DNA of 64,000 nt from Fidelibacterota bacterium (lineage in GTDB: Bacteria; Fidelibacterota; Marinisomatia; Marinisomatales; TCS55): positions 12,457-76,456 of the forward strand of contig JAPYOT010000001.1 in assembly GCA_029938045.1 (NCBI GenBank), read 5' to 3'. Under the pieces are notes generated by a model. The model saw nothing but the letters and a program-made list of their open reading frames with translations, had not been told where the DNA came from and made no database searches. Both the position numbers and the translations under genes were made by a program. Every line of letters starts with the position of its first letter. Position 1 is the stretch's first letter. Shown in pieces: positions 57,210 through 64,000 of the stretch.

Positions 57210-59819
57210 TTATTTCGTTGTCATGGTCCAGACCCAATCCCAGTCCTTCCCAGGCGGGTCATTTTTATAATAATCACAGCGGTCTAAATAGACTGCAGAT
57301 GGTGTGGTGGGTCTATCGAGAAATTTTTCTTCCAATTTTAAAGCTTCTTTAAACTGTTTTTTAGCTTTTACCCAATTTTGGTCATGATATAATTCGATTC
57401 CTTCATCAAATGCTTGAACCAATTGAGAATTCTGTTCTGACAATTCACCTTTTAACGATAATAACTCGTATGCTTTTACGGGTTTATTCTTCCCTTTCAC
57501 CTTTAAATAATCCAGAAACCGCCAGTCGAATTGATCCGCCACAGCTTTGTAAGTGTTTTCCGCAACAAAAATGTAAACACCATATTGCTTTGCAGCCGGC
57601 TCTAATCGTGCCGCCAGGTTTACCGTATCACCCATCATGGTGTAATTCATTCGCATGGCCGATCCCATATTCCCCGTAACCATTTCACCGGAATTTAACC
57701 CGACTCGATGACGAATATTGTGGACTAAATCCGGCCAATCACCTTCTTCCTTCCATCTTTGTCTCATATTCACCAGTTTCTTTTCCATTTCTAATGCGGT
57801 TAAACATGCGTGATATTCATGATTTTCTAATGGGACGGGAGCACCGTAAAAAGCAACAATTGCGTCACCGATATATTTATCAAGGGTCCCTTTATGTTCC
57901 AATAAAGTGTCCGTCATTTCAGTTAAGTATTGATTCATTAAGCTCACCATCCGTGTGGGCTCTAATACTTCCGAAAAAGAAGAAAAACTTTGTATGTCAG
58001 AAAAGAAAGCAGTGTGATAGCCAGCAACTCCGCCCAATTTCGGTTCCCGTTTATCTTCATACATCTGGTCAATTAAATCCGGTGATATATAGGCGCCGAA
58101 AGTGTCTTTCAGAAAATTCTTATCTTTTTGTTCAACGATGAATTTATAAATCACATTGGCTGTATAAGTAACGACTAAACTCACAATAGGTGCCACTATT
58201 GGAATCACAAGGGATTGTCCGATATCCGGAAGAACTGTTTCAAAATATTCCGGATGATCCACCACTGTCCCAATAGGAAGAATGGAAGCCAAAGGACTTT
58301 TAATCATCCAGAACAAATCATCAACGAATAGTCCGCAGGCGATCCCAAAATAAATAATGCCCTCTAAAATAATCAGGATACCCGCAACGACTGGATTAAG
58401 AAAAGACAAAATCAAAAATGCGACTACACTCAAAAGTGCTATTAATAAAGTATGGCTCAAGGGATATCCATAAATCAATTCAGTAAGTTGACCTCCCAAT
58501 ACCTGGATATAATTATTATCCAATAAAGTTTGAATGGCATTGCCATGGGTTTCCATCCCCGGTGTGAGTTGCTGTATGCCCCAAAAATTATAAAAGGGAG
58601 TTTGTTTATAATCGTGATGCACTTCTACGGATGTACCAATCACAACAATTTTATTATAAAAAGGGGAATTGGTAATATCAAATTCTTCGCCAAGGCCCAT
58701 GGCATCCATCATTTCACTTCGTTCTTGTGAATCCTCAATGGCTTGAATCCATTCGGGAATTTCTCCCGGCAAAAATTGGCTCATCCAATCCAAATCTTCA
58801 ATGGGATCCCGAAGGGTCACATCTTCTGTATCAATCACATATGCCAACGAATACTTTGGGAAGGTTCCCCAGGCAGGCAAATCTTTTTCTCCCGGATATT
58901 TATATCCAGAAGGGGGGCCATAATAATTCACCAGGAATGAATTACCGGCGCCATAAGCCCTTATTTTATTATCCCCATAGGTCCATGTTAAGTTATCCCG
59001 ATCAAAATAGGGTTTAGCCGTATCGGGTATGTTGTGGAATGCTTTTAATGCCTTTACCGCTAAGGTTAAATAATATTTACCCGGTTCATGGGCCATCTCC
59101 CCAAAAATAGCATAGCGGCGAGAAAATCCGTCAATATCCATTTGATCATTAATGAGCCCCATTTCAGGTTCGGCTTTTGTCACCGGCTCCACCGGATAAG
59201 AGATATATTGAGGCGGAACCAACGTGGGTTCTGTCACCATTTTGACGTTCATCACAACCGTCGTCCCAAACATTTGAGCTTCGGTAATCGCTTCTCCAAG
59301 TAATATATCTCCGTGGCGTGGAATCAAATAAGGAATGGCATTCCAAATATTTTTCGCCTGCGTTGTATCCCGTATGTTTGGTACCTGATCCATAATATAT
59401 TCAGGTGAAGTGGATTCGATCAAATCCTGATATATCTCTGATCGGTGTTCAGGTGCATCAAACTGAATATCAAAAACAATCACTTTGGCCCCAGCCTTAT
59501 AAAGATTTCGAACAACCCTTCCCCACACACTGCCTCTGGGATAGGGCCATTCCTCCGGCATGAGACGCCATGCTTCATCATCCACTTCGAGCAAGACCAC
59601 ATCCGTACCGCGATTGATATAGGTAGAATCGGAAATAGTCCATCCTGTTAAAGGACCACGGACAGACCTAAATCGATAATCATAAGTTTTGAGTTCAATG
59701 GTGTCGAATGCACCAATCCAATGAAAAAGAGATACAACGATGATCGCACCCAAAGTAATGACCCAACCCACCCAGTTGTCTTGGATGTACTTTTGAATGT
59801 TTTTTGGGGTAAGCATCAT
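57210..59819 (-). CDS. CHASE2-sensor class III nucleotide cyclase (probable adenylate cyclase)
   Basis: N-terminal TM helix, a ~400-aa periplasmic CHASE2-like domain, three TM helices, then a cyclase domain. Cyclase motifs are FFSDIQSFSSFSE (metal Asp), KYIGDAIVAFYGAP (Lys consistent with adenine specificity, plus metal Asp), RVGLNSGEMVTGNMG and YTMMGDTVNLAARLE. The C-terminal tail is ..VYLDRCDYYKNDPPGKDWDWVWTMTTK. Confidence 0.88.
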   Translation of the reverse strand: MMLTPKNIQKYIQDNWVGWVITLGAIIVVSLFHWIGAFDTIELKTYDYRFRSVRGPLTGWTISDSTYINRGTDVVLLEVDDEAWRLMPEEWPYPRGSVWGRVVRNLYKAGAKVIVFDIQFDAPEHRSEIYQDLIESTSPEYIMDQVPNIRDTTQAKNIWNAIPYLIPRHGDILLGEAITEAQMFGTTVVMNVKMVTEPTLVPPQYISYPVEPVTKAEPEMGLINDQMDIDGFSRRYAIFGEMAHEPGKYYLTLAVKALKAFHNIPDTAKPYFDRDNLTWTYGDNKIRAYGAGNSFLVNYYGPPSGYKYPGEKDLPAWGTFPKYSLAYVIDTEDVTLRDPIEDLDWMSQFLPGEIPEWIQAIEDSQERSEMMDAMGLGEEFDITNSPFYNKIVVIGTSVEVHHDYKQTPFYNFWGIQQLTPGMETHGNAIQTLLDNNYIQVLGGQLTELIYGYPLSHTLLIALLSVVAFLILSFLNPVVAGILIILEGIIYFGIACGLFVDDLFWMIKSPLASILPIGTVVDHPEYFETVLPDIGQSLVIPIVAPIVSLVVTYTANVIYKFIVEQKDKNFLKDTFGAYISPDLIDQMYEDKREPKLGGVAGYHTAFFSDIQSFSSFSEVLEPTRMVSLMNQYLTEMTDTLLEHKGTLDKYIGDAIVAFYGAPVPLENHEYHACLTALEMEKKLVNMRQRWKEEGDWPDLVHNIRHRVGLNSGEMVTGNMGSAMRMNYTMMGDTVNLAARLEPAAKQYGVYIFVAENTYKAVADQFDWRFLDYLKVKGKNKPVKAYELLSLKGELSEQNSQLVQAFDEGIELYHDQNWVKAKKQFKEALKLEEKFLDRPTTPSAVYLDRCDYYKNDPPGKDWDWVWTMTTK

Positions 59820-59821
59820 AG

Positions 59822-62584
59822 TTAAAAGTTATATTGAAGAGTGAATATAATCCCTGTTGAATTTACATCAATTACTTCACTAGCATTATCCACTTTACCA
59901 TCACTATCATTATCTAAATTATCCTTTTTATAACTAGGGATATAATTCAACCTGATTTGACTCATCAACGCTGCTGATATATTTTCATTAATTCGATAAT
60001 CTGCCCCAGCTCTAAAACCAAGTAATTGTGATTTGATACGGCCTCGGCTATTTAAAAGAGAAACTGATCCTTTCGCCAACACTTTATCCTGCAATAATCG
60101 ATAATTAGCCGATACAGAAATATTGGTCCATGTATATGGCGTTTTAACCAGGCTATTTCCATTCATAGTGGGGATCTCAAGTTTTGTCTGGCTGAATTGG
60201 GTAATTGTTTTCAACTGATTTGGAAATGAAGAAGATAAATTGACAGAAATAGTTTTTGAATCTGTTTTGGGAAATAAATATCCTGAACTTCGTTTTTTGA
60301 TTAGGTTATCTAAATTGGTCACATTTCCGAAATTAAGAGTCAGGTTTTGTTTGACATCTCCACTGGTAAATGGAACTGTTATAGCCATCATGTTGGATGC
60401 TGCTTTGGAATCTTCTCGAAAATCTACAATGGTACTTCCAACTGAATCCAGCTTCGTCTTTTCATTGTTTTTACCAATGGATTGATAATTAATAATGATG
60501 GACGGCATTCCCGGACCCGGCAAAAATGTCATATTCATAAAAAACGTATTTGTATTGAGAGGATTAATGGTTGTTCTGAGAATTTTATTATCCAAATGCT
60601 TGAATCCAAAATTGAGAAACAATGACCGATTCATTAAGGAAACTCTATCAGAAATAGTAAACTGGCGTGCATTATTCCTGAGAAATGGATTTGCCAGTGA
60701 AACATATTCCGGACCCACTTGGCGATATTCCAATAGAAAACTGTTACTCGCATAGTGGCCGCGGAGCCGAATATTAAAAGCCGAGGAAGGCATATTAATA
60801 ATAGATGAAATCGGATGAGACTTCATCGCATTGATATCTATGGGAACCAAGGGAGACATATTCGTATTGATGATGAATATATCTTGAAATTTTATCGGAT
60901 TTATTATGATTAAAGCTGTATCAATTTTGGTTGATCCTTTTATTTCTTTTCCATTCTCATCATATTGAACACCGATCCACCCATCCAACGAATCATCCAA
61001 TGCTGTATCCAAGTCCGCTCGAGACATGGCACCATTCCAAATATCTCGATTAAACAAACTCATATTCCAATTGAAATCCAGAGTCATTTTCTTTTGATCA
61101 AAAGATGTGCCCAGATTAAAACCAAAAACCAGATTATCCAGCGGTTTCTGACCCTTCCATTTAGATGTGGGCGCCTCAAGAGAATGTCCGGCGGCAGACA
61201 AAGCATCCCTAAATGAATCAATCGTGTAGGTGCCGGGTGTGACACCAAGCACTAATGAATCTGATGAAAATTCCGCGTTGTTTAGCGCACGATTTACGGA
61301 TGTGGTATCATCTCGTATTTTTATAAAATGTACACCGGCGCGAAATTTCGAAAATAAATCTACCGACAACTTTAACCCGGATATTTTTCTTTTAAATGCA
61401 AAACCAGTACGGTCTAAATAATAAGTCTTTGAGCCATCTTCTTTGGTCTCCGTTAAATCTGACAGAATTTGATATCCGCCATTGATATAATTTTGCTCAT
61501 GGACTTTTCGATTCAAGTCACCTTGGATAAATTGGAGTCTTACCCATTTTAAATCTGTATCCACGCCGAGACCACGAACGCGTTTCCCGTCAATGATAAA
61601 TGGATTAAACCGAGGGTAAAAATCACCAATATCCAAATCTAGAATTGACCCAAAAGAAAATCGGGTACCCAATCGATTTTGTGGTTGAAGATATTGAGAT
61701 TCCCTGGAAGTCAATCGTATGTCAGTTGTCAATTTTGCCCATTGGGCATTCAGGGATAATTTTCCCGTAATTTCTGCAATATTTAGTGGTGTTCCCGATA
61801 CCGTTTCAGAAGAAATGCGACTGTTGGCACTTCCGCCGAAATCTATTATTTTTGTAATGTTTTTTTGGATTGTCCCAAATGTAAATGACCAATGTACAGG
61901 GGATAAATCTTGTTGATCTAAATCTTTCATTTGAATTTGAATTGTATGATTTCCCGTTTCCAGTTTACCGGGATCATAACTTAAAATGCCATCTTCTAAC
62001 ATCATTTTAGCAGATACATCAACTTCATCAATCAGAAGACGAACTGTGGATTCATCAACATTTGTCGCATTAAAAAAAGATGCAGCAACCAAAACAGAAT
62101 TTTGATCTACAATTGCATCCGGCTCTGGGGAAAGAATGAGAACCTCCGCATTAGGAAGAGCGCCAAATACGCCAATGTCAACTGGATTTTCCGGCGGAAT
62201 TGTTGAAAGTAAATGAGGTCTGTTAAATGGGTCTTCCATGGGAAAGGAGGCGATTCGACCATTCTGAAATTGAAATGCGACTACATATTCCAACCCAAGT
62301 TCAGTCAACGCAAATCCGGGTATCATCACTTCCCAGTTAAAACCCGTTTTATAAAAATTAATTTCCTGGTAGGATTCACCACCAGGCAAGCGATAATAGA
62401 GCCTAGCATCTATGGGGTTTGTGGTTTCTAAACTCGCGGAATAAAGAATTAAATCCTGGCCAATAATCCCATGAGCCGGAGGAGTGTGATGGATGATCTG
62501 AGATTGAGAGAAACCAATTTGGATCAGAAAAAGAAAAGGAATAATTGATATTCCATTACGCGGTAACCACTGTCGATATTTCAC
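59822..62584 (-). CDS. Large predicted outer-membrane beta-barrel protein with N-terminal Ig-like/beta-sandwich domains (uncharacterised)
   Basis: Signal peptide ISIIPFLFLIQIGFSQS. There is extensive alternating-hydrophobic strand patterning in the C-terminal ~600 aa and a terminal aromatic signature GIIFTLQYNF. No TonB-plug motif was recognised. The stop is 2 nt from the cyclase start. Confidence 0.6.
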   Translation of the reverse strand: MKYRQWLPRNGISIIPFLFLIQIGFSQSQIIHHTPPAHGIIGQDLILYSASLETTNPIDARLYYRLPGGESYQEINFYKTGFNWEVMIPGFALTELGLEYVVAFQFQNGRIASFPMEDPFNRPHLLSTIPPENPVDIGVFGALPNAEVLILSPEPDAIVDQNSVLVAASFFNATNVDESTVRLLIDEVDVSAKMMLEDGILSYDPGKLETGNHTIQIQMKDLDQQDLSPVHWSFTFGTIQKNITKIIDFGGSANSRISSETVSGTPLNIAEITGKLSLNAQWAKLTTDIRLTSRESQYLQPQNRLGTRFSFGSILDLDIGDFYPRFNPFIIDGKRVRGLGVDTDLKWVRLQFIQGDLNRKVHEQNYINGGYQILSDLTETKEDGSKTYYLDRTGFAFKRKISGLKLSVDLFSKFRAGVHFIKIRDDTTSVNRALNNAEFSSDSLVLGVTPGTYTIDSFRDALSAAGHSLEAPTSKWKGQKPLDNLVFGFNLGTSFDQKKMTLDFNWNMSLFNRDIWNGAMSRADLDTALDDSLDGWIGVQYDENGKEIKGSTKIDTALIIINPIKFQDIFIINTNMSPLVPIDINAMKSHPISSIINMPSSAFNIRLRGHYASNSFLLEYRQVGPEYVSLANPFLRNNARQFTISDRVSLMNRSLFLNFGFKHLDNKILRTTINPLNTNTFFMNMTFLPGPGMPSIIINYQSIGKNNEKTKLDSVGSTIVDFREDSKAASNMMAITVPFTSGDVKQNLTLNFGNVTNLDNLIKKRSSGYLFPKTDSKTISVNLSSSFPNQLKTITQFSQTKLEIPTMNGNSLVKTPYTWTNISVSANYRLLQDKVLAKGSVSLLNSRGRIKSQLLGFRAGADYRINENISAALMSQIRLNYIPSYKKDNLDNDSDGKVDNASEVIDVNSTGIIFTLQYNF

Positions 62585-62592
62585 AGAACGAT

Positions 62593-63276
62593 TTAATTAT
62601 ATTTTATAATTAAGGTCTTCCTTTTACCTGAAGCATCCTTGAATTCAATTTCTAATATTTTATCATCTCCTTCACCAGCCGTCGGATCATTTGGAATCGT
62701 TTTTGGATCCGTTTTAAATGATTGGATTGTGCCATCTTGGGTAGAGAAACCGGTAATGCCACTTGTGATATTTAAAGTTTCGCCTGATTTTTGATTCATA
62801 AGCATGACCACCCCTTCTATTCCAATAATAGAGTCTCCCGTATTTTTATCTGAAATAAGCCAAAAGTCTGTCCCTTTAACTGAAGCTACGGAAACGGAAG
62901 TCCTGATAATAAAATCACCCCTCTGTTGTTTATTCACCTGAGCACGTATAATTCCCCCGTCTAAATTGATTTCTTTTGCAATGGCTTTTGCTGATCGCTT
63001 ACCCGAGATAATTATTTCTGTATTTTCTTTTACCTTTAAAGCAGATTTATCATCAATAAAAATCAAAGCGGCAAAACTATCCTTGTCTGTTTTTAATATA
63101 TCTCCACTTTCAAATATATGTCCTTTTTTCAGAATGGTAGATTCCCCTTTTCCTCGAATATAGTGAACAGATCCAATAACTTTTGTTGCCACTGCAATTC
63201 TGTCACCACCCATACCCAATGATAGAAAGAAAATAAATATGCCTAAATTTCTAATAAATCGCATTTTACTTCTCAA
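62593..63276 (-). CDS. Exported FecR-domain protein (no cytoplasmic anti-sigma domain)
   Basis: Signal peptide FIRNLGIFIFFLSLGMG. The FecR-domain pattern is VIGSVHYIRGKGESTILKKGHIFESGDILKTDKDSFAALIFIDDKSALKVKENTEIII. 227 aa. Confidence 0.75.
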   Translation of the reverse strand: MRSKMRFIRNLGIFIFFLSLGMGGDRIAVATKVIGSVHYIRGKGESTILKKGHIFESGDILKTDKDSFAALIFIDDKSALKVKENTEIIISGKRSAKAIAKEINLDGGIIRAQVNKQQRGDFIIRTSVSVASVKGTDFWLISDKNTGDSIIGIEGVVMLMNQKSGETLNITSGITGFSTQDGTIQSFKTDPKTIPNDPTAGEGDDKILEIEFKDASGKRKTLIIKYN

Positions 63277-64000
63277 TTTTCACCGAATTAATCTTGACTT
63301 TTTTCTGAGCCATCTGATTTAATATTCCTATGAGTGTTGCGTCATCAACCGTGATATTATTGAGCGATATTTTTCCCGTGGGTTTAAATTCTTCAAGGGG
63401 GCTGTCCGGGCCAAAAAGTGCATTAAATTGGTCGTCACCCATCGCCTGTCTTAATTTTTGATCCATCATGCTATTAGAAGATGAATTGGATGCCTGTGAT
63501 GGGTTCGAAATCTTAAATGCATAAATAGGAGACACTTGATCTTCTAAACCATTTGTGGTGGGAACACTTGTTTTTACCTGCCATAAATAAATCTTTCCAT
63601 AATTTAATGACCGTGCACCAGATATGGGATACTTGAAGGTACTCACATCATCAAGTTTCACCCAGGATTCCGATTGGTTGAATGGCAGCATGCGTTCATC
63701 ACTCATTGCCTCTTCCGGCGAAGAATGATATCCCACTTTGAATTCAGCTACTCTGATATACGTTTCACAATTACGGCAGAATCCCTTATTCCAATTAAAT
63801 ATTGGATAGGTGGAATAAACCAAATTAAATAAAGTGTCAGCTAATTCACCACCGGGAGATTCAAGGTTTATTCCGGAGGATGATTCCACAAATATTGTTT
63901 TCGATCGGGAATCAGACAGAGAGAGATCTGATGGTGTGGCTCCTGAATAGACATTTAATTCAAATTTGTATTCGCCATCTGCTAACTGTCCCGTAGTCAA
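63266..64000 (-). CDS. Hypothetical exported protein, C-terminal 244 aa (gene continues past window end)
   Basis: The open frame runs off the window. It contains beta-sandwich-like modules with P.F.W ... Y.WQVK ... IYAF.I patterning (YPIFNWNKG.., KIYLWQVKTS..SPIYAFKISNP) and a Ser/Asn-rich linker. It overlaps the FecR-domain gene start by 11 nt. Confidence 0.5.
   Translation of the reverse strand: MTTGQLADGEYKFELNVYSGATPSDLSLSDSRSKTIFVESSSGINLESPGGELADTLFNLVYSTYPIFNWNKGFCRNCETYIRVAEFKVGYHSSPEEAMSDERMLPFNQSESWVKLDDVSTFKYPISGARSLNYGKIYLWQVKTSVPTTNGLEDQVSPIYAFKISNPSQASNSSSNSMMDQKLRQAMGDDQFNALFGPDSPLEEFKPTGKISLNNITVDDATLIGILNQMAQKKVKINSVKIEK

Noticed and set aside
59822-62584. A TonB-dependent receptor (FecA/SusC-like) partner of the FecR-domain protein
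   Set aside because: I could find no TonB box or plug-domain motifs, and no N-terminal signalling extension. The N-terminus looks like Ig-like/beta-sandwich domains, and the adjacent FecR protein lacks the cytoplasmic anti-sigma domain. It is therefore not a classical FecIRA/Sus-type unit.
1-64000. Searched by eye for CRISPR arrays, tRNA/rRNA genes, IS elements, integrases, prophage genes and long tandem repeats
   Set aside because: None were seen. Intergenic regions are short, and apart from 16148-16426 and 48673-49030 they contain only promoter- or terminator-scale sequence. A computational repeat/tRNA scan (tRNAscan-SE, minced, ISEScan) would be needed to exclude small elements definitively.

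Overview
Gene-dense, low-GC bacterial chromosome segment with about 58 CDS, all but four on the minus strand. Positions 16.4-64 kb form one uninterrupted co-directional array with many 1-30 nt gene overlaps. Several families (PorX-like receiver-PglZ regulator, BatA-N protein, YfhO, lipoprotein-rich envelope genes, few Shine-Dalgarno sites) suggest an uncultured FCB-superphylum-type diderm; this is inference only. I saw no rRNA, tRNA, CRISPR array, transposase, integrase or phage genes. Content in order: (i) 1-8.9 kb, ileS 5' end and an envelope proteostasis/redox block: HtrA, an M1 metallopeptidase fused to an Omp85-type barrel, TlpA-like thioredoxin, DsbD, patatin-like lipase and a cyclophilin lipoprotein. 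(ii) 8.9-16.1 kb, pyrE/pyrF, a GNAT, a Na+/solute symporter, a DUF255 thioredoxin-domain protein and a DAACS symporter. (iii) 16.15-16.43 kb, a 280-nt convergent intergenic region with a long imperfect rod helix (6S-like ncRNA candidate) and a bidirectional terminator. (iv) 16.4-25.5 kb, hflX, BatA-like, CdsA-like, stand-alone PASTA protein, rsmB-fmt-def-yajC and an orphan histidine kinase. (v) 25.5-39.1 kb, a glycan biosynthesis locus: YfhO GT-C, Wzx flippase, five GT-A/GT-B transferases, FkbM methyltransferase, NeuA-like cytidylyltransferase, SDR, 2-hydroxyacid dehydrogenase, cyclase-family hydrolase and a GtrB-like polyprenyl-phosphate glycosyltransferase. (vi) 39-48.7 kb, a lipoprotein, a TPR lipoprotein, GAF-GGDEF cyclase, ECF sigma/anti-sigma, holA, uppP, pgeF and an LpoA-like protein. 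(vii) 48.7-55.6 kb, glmS, guaA, surE, accD, rimI, tsaB and tsaE. (viii) 55.6-64 kb, a PorX-like regulator followed by a tightly coupled operon: unknown exported protein, FecR-domain protein, 920-aa outer-membrane barrel and CHASE2 class III nucleotide cyclase. The best candidates for undescribed biology are the FecR/OMP/CHASE2-cyclase module with the adjacent PorX-like protein, the M1-peptidase-Omp85 fusion, the orphan CMP-activation sub-cluster in the glycan locus, and the structured intergenic RNA. All calls rest on motif recognition in the supplied translations and on reading the DNA by eye. No database searches were run.
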